Below, in pieces: positions 49,040 to 60,990 of a stretch of DNA of 64,000 nucleotides; position 1 is the first letter of the stretch; each line of letters begins with the position of its first letter. The notes beneath the pieces are model-generated. The model made no database searches. It saw nothing but the letters and a program-made list of their open reading frames with translations, and was not told where the DNA came from. The stretch comes from Carcharhinus longimanus. Taxonomy: Eukaryota. The stretch covers positions 89,652,178 to 89,716,177 of the forward strand of contig JASCQW010000043.1 in assembly GCA_030264375.1 (NCBI GenBank), in the 5' to 3' direction. Both the position numbers and the translations under genes were made by a program.

Positions 49040-50130
49040 CCTCTGGAACAATTGCTGGTGCTAATGACAAACTTCTCACTATCATCAGATTCTGACATTC
49101 ACGAATATTTCCTGTTAGTGAATGTCAGAATATCACCACAGGTCTGGACACCACCTTGCTGAACACCTCCTGATTGGTCAAGGCATCCAGACTTCTGATG
49201 GAGGACCCCAGTGGAATGTTTAACCACCTTTCTGGTGGCTGAATGGCTTTCACAGTATTAGAGCTCTGCTGGTGTCCAGGGATTTCTTAAACGAGTCATG
49301 AATCATGACATTAAGGATAACCCTTGGCATCCAGCAGACAGCCATGTACACTGCTCTGGAGCTCAAAGATCTGTGGGATGGATAACTGTCTCATTATAAA
49401 CACTGGCTACATATGTGGCAAGTTACGCTGGAATTTCTTCTCTGAGGAGTCTTACAGAGGGCTGGGGAGGCTGGGTCATTAAATATGTTCAAGGCTGAGA
49501 AAGATAAATTTATAACCAGCAGGATTATGCAGATATGTTGGGAAAGTGGAGTTGAGGATCATATCAGGTCAGTCATGATCTTATTGAATGATGGAGCAGG
49601 CTTCATACGTCGAATGGCCTACTTCTGCTCATATATGTCTTATGGTCTTATATGAGTTGCATATTTGTGGGAATGGAATCCCTCCCTGTTCCCAAACAAT
49701 TCTGAATTTAAATCAGGGGTTCACATGACTGCATGTATGCAGCCAATGGCTTTTTGGACCATGGGGAATCCTGCAATCCTGTGCATCCTGGTGCTCTGTT
49801 TCTCTAATTCTGACAACAGTGAATGATATATCATTCTACAGAGCGTATGGAGCCATAGGGTTCTCCCTTACTCTGGGGTTCACAGAGGATGATGATATGT
49901 GACTGATATCAGCTATAGCAACCTGTATGATTCCAGTAGTCTAAAAATTAAATGCCAGTCTGACCTTGACAATGCAATCATGGCTGTGCTGTGATGCCTG
50001 AGTCTTTGTTCCATGAGATCTTTGTGCTGACTTGCCTGGTAAAGCACAGTGTCCTCCTACACCTGTCTTGAGTCATATAAATAAGAGTCATGCTCTCTGA
50101 AGACCCTGAGTGGATAGATCCTCCTGCTAA
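49040..50130 (-). pseudogene. PIF/Harbinger transposase remnant
   Basis: Minus strand: YMTQDRCRRTLCFT; VKVRLAFNF*TTG...IADISHIS; IAGFPMVQKAIGCIH; GFHS..NMQL; AKGYP; FMTRLRNPWTPAE..YCESHSATRKVV..TGVLHQKSGCLDQSGG. Confidence 0.85.
49428..49652 (+). mobile_element. CR1 3' end nested in the Harbinger transposase
   Basis: 'ttcaaggctgaga...catgatcttattgaatgatggagcagg...tcttatggtctta'. Confidence 0.8.
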
Positions 50131-50659
50131 GGGCCCTCCTTATTCTCCTGTCCCTCTCTTTCCTGCAGCAGATGGTGCTGCTCTGTTGGGCCTCATCACA
50201 TCCTCCAGAGCAACAGGAACTACAGCAAGAAGCTTATAACTGAGCTCTTCCTTTCTATTGATTCCTGTTAGTGAATAGCACTCATTCTTTAAGTGAAATC
50301 TTGAGAGAACTTCCAGAAGAAATATTGTTGAAGTTTTAACAACATGTCCCAAAAAGCTCCCATCGTGTCTTCAAATGTAGTCTACTTCCAGCAGCAAGTG
50401 AATATTGAAAGCTGAGCTTGGCTTTACGCAGTAATTAAAATCCTGAGCAATGACTTTTTTTATTCCTGTTCAGAATATCACTGTTAGAATATGTTGTTAA
50501 ATTAAGTTTCTACCACCAAAATGCCTTGCGACCTCTTTTATTTTTATTCCTCAGGAATATGGGTGGGACACTGCCTCAAGGGCCACAGTCTTTAAAAGCA
50601 GGCAATTTAAGTCAGTCAGCCCCTTAACAATCTTTTGCGCACCAGTCCCAGCTGATGTT

Positions 50660-51295
50660 TTAAGTCTTTTACCAAGATGGCATCTTGTGAATCACAGGCT
50701 TGGAGAATGGGTTCATGGAAGCAATGAGACAATTTTCTAGAACAGTGTCCAAGAGCCAACTAGGAAAAAAAAGGCTATTTTTGATCCACTGTTATGTAAT
50801 GAGAAAATGTTCACTAGTAATCTTATAATAAAGGATCCTCTGAGGAAGAATGGCCATAATATGATGTAACTTCATATATGATAATACCCAAAACTAGCTT
50901 TTTAAATTTAACTAAAGCCAATTATGGAGGTACAAGAAGCAAGTTGGCTAGATAGATTGAGAAATCAGATTAAATATCGTGAAGCAAATGTAAACACTTG
51001 GAGATAATTTATTTATAATTCTCATTGAATATTCCTGAAGGAAGAAATAAGTAAAATGGTACAGCCACAGCAAAATAGACAAGTTAAGGACATTATTAGA
51101 TTAAAAGAAGAGACTTAAAATATTGCAAAAATTGCAGTAAACCTGAGGATTGGAAACATTTTAAAAAGCAGCAAAGGATGACCAAAAAATTAAGAGGAAG
51201 AACATAGAGTATGAGTGTGAACCAACAAGGAATATAAAAACCCTTTAAAGAGGTTTTTTTGCAAATACATAAAAGGAAAGGTAAAGTCATCATAG
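50660..51295 (+). mobile_element. Old CR1 ORF2 endonuclease/linker fragment
   Basis: FLEQ, LIIKDPLRKNGHNM and SKPEDWKHFK motifs. Confidence 0.7.
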
Positions 51296-51299
51296 TCCT

Positions 51300-51479
51300 A
51301 GATGACCATAGGTTGATTCGTGGTGACTATAACCTGAAAATCACCACACCTCAGGCAAGGGGCAAGATTGAGAAGGAAGGCCTTCATGAGTAACCTCAGC
51401 CAGTACAGGAATTGAACCTGTGCTATTGGCGTGCTCTGCATCACTAACCAGCTGTCCAGCAACTGAGCTAACTGACTCC
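51300..51479 (-). mobile_element. tRNA-derived short SINE
   Basis: Minus strand 'tagctcagttg' (A box) and 'ggttcaattcc' (B box), followed by a non-tRNA body. Confidence 0.75.
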
Positions 51480-53417
51480 TTAAAACTGAGATTATTAATT
51501 TTTTGACCACTAAAGAAATCACAGATATGGAAATTACGCAGCAAAGTCAAGTTAATATAAAAGTTCAACTATAATCTGAGTGAAAAGTGTAGCAGCTCAA
51601 GGGGATGTATGATCTATTCCTGCTCTTTTTAGGTATGTCCTTGTGTGAATTAATGGATTATCTTGGGCACCTAAACTCTCCTTAGTCTGAAATACCTGGG
51701 GAAAATCATCCCCTTGTTGTTTAGTTTATCCATTATCAATTCTCTTCATTCCAATTGTAAGAATGACAAATGAACTGATAAGTTGATGATGACAGAGCCT
51801 GTGACACAACATTGTTATCCTTCTGATGTACCATCATGATTGACTCTAATACAAGATTTCTGTGGTAACTATATTGAAATTGAATCAGCAATTAGAATCT
51901 ACCTCAACTTCATTCTTATGGTTTATGATGCTAGCTTGAACCGTTGATTCTTTACAGCCTTGTAAATCGATTGCATAAATATCTGATGACGATTTCATTG
52001 CAGTGAATTTGCAGTGTATATGATGTAAAAGTTAATGACTCATTTGTATCAGGCCTTGGATCTCACTATTCATTCCTGTGTACATATATTGTACACATTG
52101 AGTACCCAGATATGTGAGCAACTTATATTTAAAAATGGGAAAGATCAATGTTCGTATTCTCTTAGCTCACATCTCATATCCCAGCAGCCATTTCTAAGAT
52201 ATATATTGCCAACTCTATATGAAAAATGAATATCATTTGTGCATTATCTCACGTAGAATCATTTGTCAGTTTTGCTTGCATGGATTTGGCTAAACAGCTA
52301 TATCTTATAGAACTGTAGAGCTACAGCAAGGAATTTGTTAGTGACTGACTCAAAATGGCCTATTAATGTGCACACAATGCAACTTCGGTTTGCTTTCTGC
52401 CTCATGCACCCTGCAAATATTTGCACAATTGTACTCTCAAACAGGTACTCATGACACCATCAACAACCTTGGTTTTGGAAATGACTTCAAAAGTTCACAA
52501 GTTACGTAGAAAGCACAGAAGGCTATATAACATAAATAAATAATCAGAGTAAAACCTGCTGTTTACACTGACAGCAAAGCAAATTGATGAATGCTAATTT
52601 GAAATGCAGCCACCTCAGCATGCAAAGTCAACGTTATTTAGTTAAGACAGATAAGATCATAAACGACTTTTAAGCCATAGAGAACTTGTGCCCTCCCCAA
52701 ACATGCTAAACAAAACCAAATAATAAAAAAGAAAGGCCCCTTTATTCTATAACAAGGAGGTTAAAAAAGACACATAATTAATCATGTCAGTGCACAATGT
52801 TCTATTAAAACCAGCATTCCACTGGCCTTAAAGTATTTGTCAACTTTGCTATTAGTGTCTTTATACCCTAATGCACTCTTTAACAATGAAATTAATCAAC
52901 TTATGTCTTAGAGTTCAGGATTTTGTGAACTCACTGTTGAAAATCATGAAATATTTTGTGATTCTTATTTTAGTTAATAGGAAGAGAGAACTCCAGCATT
53001 TCAAGCAACTTCACCCTTGTCTGGAAATAGGTTAAAGTTAATGATGTTGCTGGCCCAGCAGGTTCTCTGATCCATAATTTAAAAACTGAACTTTCAGAAT
53101 AAGTGCAATGAAAGTTAAGTCACTACCAATATGTCAATCCCGTGTAGCTTTTTTAAAAAATTCCACCCTCAAAATAATTACATTTCAATGGCTCCACTAT
53201 CAACTCTCATTTGTCTTCCTTTGTTAAGTTAAGCAGTAGAGCTGATGTTATCCAAAAATATCATCAGAGATGTGATTATGCTGAAAATAAAATTGGTATT
53301 TGGGAAGGAATACACTCAGAGGACCCAGTTTGTTGGTATTGTTACAGTATACCCACACATCTTGGAGGCATGCAATCTATCCCTCTCTTGAGAGAATCCC
53401 GTCCTGGTCCCATATTG

Positions 53418-53547
53418 CATCTACTTTCTCAAAAGACTAAGGAAATTCGGTGTATCAGCTACGACTCTCTCCAACTTTTACAGATGCACCATAGAAAGCA
53501 TCCTTTCCGGTTGTATCACAGCTTGGTATGGCTCCTAGTCTGCCCAA
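53418..53547 (+). mobile_element. Rex1/Babar LINE fragment
   Basis: Highly similar to 12313-12440 and runs into a gap. Confidence 0.85.
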
Positions 53548-54401
53548 NNNNNNNNNNNNNNNNNNNNNNNNNNNNNNNNNNNNNNNNNNNNNNNNNNNNN
53601 NNNNNNNNNNNNNNNNNNNNNNNNNNNNNNNNNNNNNNNNNNNNNNNCCCCCCCCGCCCCCGCAGCTTGTCCAACCTCATCTCAAAAGCCACCGGTCTAC
53701 TTGCTTGGTTGGGCCTCCCTTAGCCTGGGTAAAATAGCAGAGAGAGCAGGATGAAGCACTTAGGTCATTAATTGGGCACTGAAGGCCTCAATAAATCTAA
53801 GGGTGGCGTACTGCCTGACATCTGCAGCCTCCATAAAATGGGAGACAGGTGGGGTTGGGTATGTAGGTTTTGGGTGGGTCACATACTGCATTCTATGAGC
53901 CATCTCAGCTTCAAATGTCCTCATAGGGGAGCATAAAACCCAATCCTTGATGTGAAGGGCTGCAATTCTCACCTTACCCTGGTATTCAGCTTTTCTCTGC
54001 AGCTCTGAAAATTGTTGTAAGATGGTGCAGAGTTGAATAAACATGCTGAACCAAAGCTAAGCATCAGTAAGTAGATTATTGGTGAGTATATGCCATTTAC
54101 TAGCACTATCACCAACACCTTACATTACTTTACAGATGATTGAGAGAAGATGGAGCAATAATTGGCCAGATTGAATTTGTTCTGTTTTTTTGTGTACAGG
54201 ATATAACTGGGTAATTCTCCACTTTGTCAAGTAGATGCCAGTGTTATAGCTGTTCTTGGAATAGCTTGGTTAGGTGTGCAGATTGTTTTGGAACACAAAT
54301 CTTCATTACTGCAACCAGAATGTTGTCAGGTTCATAGCCTTTGCTGTATCTGGTACATTCAGCCATTTCTTGATATCATGTTGTCTGAATTGAACTGAGC
54401 A

Positions 54402-54637
54402 AAAACTGGAATAAAAACAAAAAATACTGGAAAAGCTCAGTAGGCCTGGCAACATCCGTGAACAGGGAAACAGAGATAATGTTTTGAGTCCGTTATGCCT
54501 CTTCTTTGGGATTGCGAAACAGTTCTGATGAAGAACTATACAGACTTGAAATGTTAACTCTGTTTCTCTCTCCAGGGATGCTGCCAGATCTAATGATTTT
54601 TTTTCCAACTTTTTTTGCTTTTATTTCAGATTTCCAG
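54402..54637. mobile_element. Palindromic Penelope-derived non-autonomous element with two hammerhead-like arms
   Basis: Arms of about 100 bp are imperfect reverse complements. Right arm reads agtt-CTGATGA(54525)...GAAA(54548)tgtt-aact. Confidence 0.75.
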
Positions 54638-54775
54638 AAGAATTTCCTTTTATTGTGGCTGAAAAAGGCTTTGCTGATCCCAGGAGGAGCCTGAGATGGA
54701 TCATCCACTTGGCACTCTGATTGAAGCTGATTATGTGCACTTAAACATTTGCAAACCCTTTGTGCATTGTCCTTT

Positions 54776-55089
54776 GGTGGCACAGTGGCACAGTGGTTAG
54801 CGCTGCTGCCTCACAGTGCCAGGAACCCAGGTTCAATTCCAGCCATGGGTGGCTGTCTGTACGGAGTTTGCACATTCTCCCTGTGTCTGCATAGGTTTAC
54901 TCCAAATGCTCCAGTTTCCTCCCACGGTCCAAAGATTTGTGAGTTCGGTTGATTGGCCATGATCAATTGGCCCTTAATGTCAGGGGGATTAGGAGGGTAA
55001 ATATGTGGGGTTACAGGGATTGGACCTGTGTGGGATTGTCATCAGTGTAAGCTCAATGGGCCTCCTTCTGCACTGTAAATTCTATGATC
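54776..55089 (+). mobile_element. HE1-type V-SINE, full length
   Basis: 'ggtggcacagtggcacagtggttagcgctgctgcctcacagtgccagg...ggttcaattcc', V-domain, and tail 'ccttctgcactgtaaattctatga'. Confidence 0.93.
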
Positions 55090-55469
55090 TGCTGGGCTCC
55101 CTCACATGTTCATGAAACTTCCTCCTCCTCTTTGTCCTACTAGTTCCTTGACTGTCCACCATTATTCGTGATTGTACAAGGTAGGGCTGCAAAGCTTTGG
55201 GCTTATCCCAACAGTAGGTCATGATGTTGTCTTACAACACAGAGCACAAACCTATCAGGGAAGCATACCTCCCCCCTCTGTCTCTTGCCTTAACATAACC
55301 GGGTTTAGCTGTTTGTGGCATTCTTCTTCTGTATGTGTGTGGTCCTGTTTTGTAGCTTCACTAAGTTACCAACCCATTTTTAGGGATGCTTAGTACTGTT
55401 CCTGGCATGTTCTTCTACACTCCTCTTTGCACCAGGGTTAGTCTCCTGGCTTGATGATAATGGAAGCCT

Positions 55470-55682
55470 GCATGTTCAGTAGGTCTGGCAACATCTGTGA
55501 AAAGGGAAACACAGATAATGTTCTGAGTCCATTATGACTCTCCTTTGGGACTCAGATTGCGAAACAGTTCTGATGAAGAATTATAGGGTCTTGAAATGTT
55601 AACTCGGTTTCTCTCTCCACAGATGCTGCCAGACCCGTAGCGTTTTTCCTGCTTTTATTTCAGATTTCCAGCATCCGCAGTT
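55470..55682. mobile_element. Second palindromic Penelope-derived element
   Basis: Colinear with 54430-54637. CTGATGA at 55570 and GAAA at 55593. Confidence 0.75.
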
Positions 55683-56364
55683 CATTTTAAACAGCTCATT
55701 TTACCTTTGAAGAAAGAAGCTGGAGGTAAGATCATAAGTTACATCGCTAACCGTTTTTCTCAGCAAAGTTTACTTGGTCATTTTCGTGCTGAAGGCGAAA
55801 GTGCCTGCTTCTTTTATATGGAATATTACCTGTTCACAGAGTAACCTCAATGGCAAAGAAAACAATAACTTTGGGTGACATTTACCAAGTTATGTTAAGG
55901 CAAGAGACAGAGGGGGTAGGTATCTCTCCCTGACAGGTTTGTGCTCTTGTGTTATAAGACAATGTCAACATCATGACTTACTGTTTTCATACTCCGAGAA
56001 GGTCGTTTATGCTGTTCTACAGATCACAATAGGCCAGCTTCAGAAGAAGCTCGCTTTCCCTACCCTCTGAAAACCTCTGAAAATGTCAAAGTTTACTACT
56101 CTGATTTTATGTCAGCCTTCAAGGGAACCTTCATGTTCTGCTGCATAATCGTGACAGTATCACAAGTTCACCTGATTTACAATGAGTTAGCGGGCTGTTG
56201 TGATTGAGATGTCATCACTGGCTTCCAAAATAAATACCAGCAGGCCTTTCAGAAACTAATGCTCCCTTTAAAATATAGTTGTTGTGCATGACCATTTATC
56301 TCAGTGTGCGCTACCTTTACATATGTGTGCAGCAGCACAGCGCAACGTTTAACATGGACATTTA

Positions 56365-57245
56365 ACAGATACATCAGCAAAGTTAGAGGCCATGAAATAA
56401 AAGGAATTGTGTCAACATGAATAGGAAAGTGGCTGAGTGCTAGGAAACGGAGTAGTTATGAGCAGTTGTTCGGACTGGAGGAAGGAACATAGTGGGTGGC
56501 TTTCCCCAGTTTCCAGGATTAGGACCCCTTCTTTTCTTGAACTATGTTAATGATCCAGATTTGAGTGTACAGGGCACTATTCCAAAACTTGCAGGTGACC
56601 CAAAAGTTGGGACTATTGTGAACTGTGAGGATGGCAGTGGTAAAGTACATGACAAGTTGCTGGAAAGGGTGGATAAGTGGCAGATGAAATTTAACACAGA
56701 GAAGTGTAAAGTGATTTGTTTTGACAAGAAAAAAATAAGGAGCCACAATAGAAAGGGTACAATGCTAAAGCGGGTGCAAGAGCAGAAGCACCATGGGCAT
56801 CAATGTGCATCAATCATTGAAAGGCACTGGGCCAGTTGAGAAAGTGGTTAATAAAGCATGCTGCATCCGGGACATAGAGAACAGAAGTGAGGAAGTTATG
56901 TTAAACTGTATAAAACACTAATTCAGCTTCGACTGGATTATTGTGATCAGTTTGTGGCACCACACTTTAGGAAGGACTTGGTTGAGGGCCTTAGTAAGGG
57001 TGCAGAAAATATTCATTTTTATTTATTTATTCATTCATGAGACATGGGTGTTGCTGAGTAGGGCAGCATTTCGCCCACTAGGCCATTGCCCCCACCAGCC
57101 CCCCCACCACAGAATGAGAATGGTTCCATGGAGGACAAACTTCACTTGTGTGATTGATTGGAGAATCCATTGTTGGTTCTCGTCAGAGAACAGAATTATG
57201 TGTTGACAATCCTGAAGGGTCTGAACAGTGTAGATGAGGGGGAAC
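56365..57245 (+). mobile_element. Degenerate CR1 RT region
   Basis: GFPQ..LGPLLFLNYVND...KLAGDPKV (FADD-like)...DKWQMKFNTEKCKV. Confidence 0.88.
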
Positions 57246-58067
57246 TGATGATCCCAGTTGCTGCACCTTAATGGAACATTTGCTACTTGGTCATGGATTT
57301 CAAATAATATTTCAGTAGATTTAAAGAATTACTGAAATCTAGTGGGGAATCTCACTGGTTGGAGATCAATGTCTTGTTATTCCAACTCCGACTTGTGTTT
57401 CCTACAATCAAGACACCCCATTGAGGATTTGTGCTGTGCTACACCAGTGTCTGTGTGTGTAAGCAGGACATGCAATGATTTATTTTCATCAGATAAGAAG
57501 GTAGAGCTGGTCCAATATTATCAACAGATTTGATTCATTTCCAACGTTTCTGAACGCTGTTTGCTAATCCCATATTTAGAGCAACTCAGGATTTCTTATT
57601 TAAGAACCCATTGTCAATACACACCAATGTTGTACAAAATAACTAAAAGCATGAAGGGAAATGTTGTTGCATTAGCATAACTAATTTTTTGGTAGAAAAC
57701 ATTATCATACAAAGATAGCGGTTTACGGATAATTGGATTATTCAAATTGAAGACTAAAAGAATTTTTCAGCACTGTTTGGAAATTCACATTTTCTTATTA
57801 ATAAATTCCATATGGATTGTGCTTAAGCCAGTAGGAAGTGCCCCTTGCATAGTGTTGTGTGATGTACTAAACTTAGAAAATAAAACTTGTCAAGCTACAC
57901 ATTTGACCCATGGATCTTTAGTTGATTGTAATGTATATTTATTGCCAGACAAATGAATGGGAGAGAAAATGGAAACATGATCAAAACTTCTATAAATGTC
58001 AGTGTACAGGTTGACATTTAAAGACTCAAAAAAATCACTCCGAAAACAGAACAGAAGTAAATAAATT

Positions 58068-58182
58068 TATTAGTTACAAGTAAGGCTTACATTAACACTG
58101 CAATTAAATTACTGTGAAATTCCCCTAGTCGCCACACTGTGGCGTCTGTTCGGGTCAATGCATCTAACCAGCACGTCTTTTG
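58068..58182 (-). mobile_element. 3' tail of the alternative-tail V-SINE
   Basis: Matches 37422-37495 and 37590-37613. Confidence 0.8.
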
Positions 58183-60490
58183 GTTCCGTCTACCACGAGC
58201 TTGTATCCGAATTTGGAGGAGGCAGAGAGAGAGAATAGGAGGAGACTCATGGCCGGGATTGATCCATGCCACGAGGACTCCAGCTGTGACTTAGATAGCG
58301 ATGATTTGGATAAAGGGGAGGTGGTGCATGTGCGTCCTCTCAACACCAAACCAGTAATAAGACCGTGACTGTGTAGATATTATTCAAGTCTTGGAATTGG
58401 GGCAAGAAATGCTCAAACGTCCTCTGTCTAACCCACACTGGGTCCTCTATACAGATGGGTCATCCTTGGTGGAAGACAGAGTTTAGAACGCAGGCTGGGC
58501 TGTGACAACAGAAAATGCTGTGTTAGCACAGGGATCGATGCCTCCATGTATCTCAGGCCAACAAGCAGAACCAAAAGCGCCCAGTGAAGCCTGTAAATTC
58601 GCTGACGGTCAGAATACCAATATCTACACTGACTCTAGTTATGCGTTCGGGATAGGGCATGATTTTGGCCAACTGTGGAAGGTTCCTTCCTGCAGCTGAT
58701 AATCCTGTTAAAAAACGGTCTACTATTTCTGGAAGCTTTACAGTTCCCAGTTGAAATCTCGATCCTCAACTGTAAAGCACCCACAAAAGAAGTTTCTCCT
58801 GAAGCTAAAGGCAATGTGCTACTAGATGAAGCTGCAAAACAAGCCGCTTGGGAAAGCAGACAAGATGAGAATGAAACAACAAAGCAATGACAAGTGTATA
58901 CAACCCCGTGGACGTTGTCGCAGATAGAAGAAATGCAAGATCAGTGTAGCTGCGAGGATATGTGGGAAAGGATGGAAGACGGAGCAAAACACTTTAATGA
59001 CGATGTCTGGGGACACTGAAGTAATCAAGTGATAGCTCCCACCTCAGCCTTCCTTATTTGGCGATGCAGATTCAGTCTTTGGGACATGTTGGAAGGATAA
59101 AATAGTTCAGAGGTTCTCCCAGATATGGTGCAATCCACGTTTCGGAGCATAGGCCAAGGTGGTGGCTGAAATCTGCTCACCTGTCAGAAAAACAACACGG
59201 CAACGGCAGTCAAGCATGTTGGGTACACCGGTTCCTCCAGAATCCTTCCATCACTTAATATATCACGCTACCAGCATGTAAAGGGTACACAGAAGTCTTG
59301 GTGATTGTGGATAAGTTCCCTGGATGGATGGAAGCAGTTTCTGCCTAGAAGGGCACGGCCTCTTTGGTGAAAGATATCATTCCAAAATGAGGGCTACCGC
59401 AACAAATCGACTCAGTCGAAGAGACACGTGTTACAGGGGCAGTGTGTCGAGAGGTGTGCAGGTTACTGAACATTCTTTGATCATCACTGCCCCTATCATC
59501 CACAGTCCTTGGGTATGGTTGAGAGAATGAATTGGACCATCAAAGAACGTCTGTGAAAAATGTATCAGGCCGGGACTGACTGGGTGACAGCCCTACCGAT
59601 GGTGCTGTGCAGTACCGCCTACAAGGAAATGGGGCTGAGACCACATCAGGTCAGCACGGACAGACCAATGCCACTACTTAGGACACCTGATTTGAGAAAA
59701 GCTGATGTTCATCTAATGAGTGACTCTTTGATTATTGCTATGAATTAACCCGATCTCTTAAAGTTGCTCACCAAAAGATCGGGACTTCGTGGGACGATTC
59801 ACAGAAGGAAGACACTCTCTGGTTCCCGGCTAGTGGGTGTATGTCCGAACGCCACAGAAGCAGCCTCTGAGGGGTGGGGGCGGGGGAGGGGCAGCGGGAA
59901 GGTCCCTAACAGGTAATGTTAAATACTAATTCCGCTTCAAAGTGGCTGGTAAACCCAAGTGGATTCACACCAGTCACTACAAACCAATTACAGGTTCTCC
60001 GGAACAGACGCAGTGAGGTGATGTGCTGGTAATCTCTCCGTTACTTGTCTACGCTGCTGAGCAATGGACCGTAAAAGTACCAAACAGCCAGAAGATGCTG
60101 AGCGAAGCTACTGAATTCTCCTCCGGCGGGGAACACTTGGAGAAGAAACGAACAAGAGATATCAGTCGATGGACTAATATTTATTTAGTTTTGCAGAATG
60201 GTGTTACAAAACCGAATGGCCTTAGACTTCCTATTGCCGAAAAAAGTGGGACGTGCCATAAGTGGACATGAATGTTGTACCTCTATCCCTGACTATTCCA
60301 ACAAGGTTTCTGCTTCTATCTCAAGGCTGACTCAAAACTTCAAGATATTTTTGGGTAGCTTAAGGGCATCCTGGGAAGCATAGGGATCACACAACGACTG
60401 TTACTATTAGTTGTTTTCCTCTTGTCTTGATTGTTCATGAAGTTATCCAGTGTATTATCTCCTGCTGTGCTCATGTGGCCTTTACTCCAG
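58183..60490 (+). mobile_element. Internally deleted class I (gamma/epsilon-like) endogenous retrovirus
   Basis: gag-like SLYPNL; RNase H LYTDGSS...SGQQAE...NIYTDSSYAFG...KGNVLLDEAAKQAA; integrase LVIVDKFPGWMEA and CPYHPQSLGMVERMN; C-terminal WIHTSH; env TM LQNRMALDFLL and C-x6-CC. Confidence 0.92.
60023..60480 (+). pseudogene. Retroviral env remnant (signal-peptide-like start fused to TM)
   Basis: LQNRMALDFL (CKS-17-like immunosuppressive domain, 60204-60233), AEKSGTC and AISGHECC in adjacent frames, and hydrophobic LLLLVVFLLS at about 60395-60425. Confidence 0.85.
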
Positions 60491-60540
60491 TCCTCAATGT
60501 CGGGACGTCCTATTTTATTTAACCCTATGCAAGTAGGCTA

Positions 60541-60990
60541 TGTAACCCACATCTTTTCTCAGGATTGTATGTGTGATTAAGCTTGCTAAATTTCTCATGC
60601 TGGTAACTGTAAGTAGTTTGTGCCTGGATAACATTCCTTTTGGGTACCATTCCAATCAGCTGCTTGAAGCATTAATTGTATCAAAGCAACCACTGGTAGA
60701 TACATTGTGCTGGGTAAGACAAAAGGTTTGCGAACAGGTTGTGGAGCTGGTTAGAACCAGTTCAAGCAGCAGTCTAGATAACAATGGAAAGGCACTTACT
60801 GAGAGGTTGTTTAAGTTGCAAAACCTGTTCAGCAATAGAGTATAAAAAGAGGTACACAAGGAAACCTTTGTCACCACACTGTGCAACTGGACTGAACACC
60901 ATGTGCCTTTGAAATAAAAGTTTGTAACCAAAAGCTTGTGCCTCATCACTGACTCTCTAAAGAACCAGGATTTGAGGCTAAAGTCCAACA
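60541..60990 (+). mobile_element. LTR (450 bp)
   Basis: Starts TGTAAC and ends CAACA. TATAAAA at 60841 and AATAAA at 60913. Confidence 0.7.

Larger units (their letters stand above)
54030..55465 (-). mobile_element. CR1-group LINE fragment hosting a palindromic element and an HE1 SINE
   Basis: Colinear with 3620-4400, e.g. 'gtagatgccagtgtt', 'atttcttgata' and 'ccaccattattc'. Confidence 0.7.

Noticed and set aside
39030-50130. Functional HARBI1/NAIF1 host genes
   Set aside because: Both loci have multiple stops and frameshifts, and one has a nested CR1 insertion.
27658-54850. tRNA genes at the A/B-box motifs (27658, 51400-51479, 54776)
   Set aside because: They continue into SINE bodies and tails, and I could not fold a proper cloverleaf. 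They are SINE heads.
60023-60480. Domesticated env (syncytin-like) gene
   Set aside because: SU is deleted, the ISD-to-CX6CC region is frameshifted, and a stop precedes the transmembrane segment.
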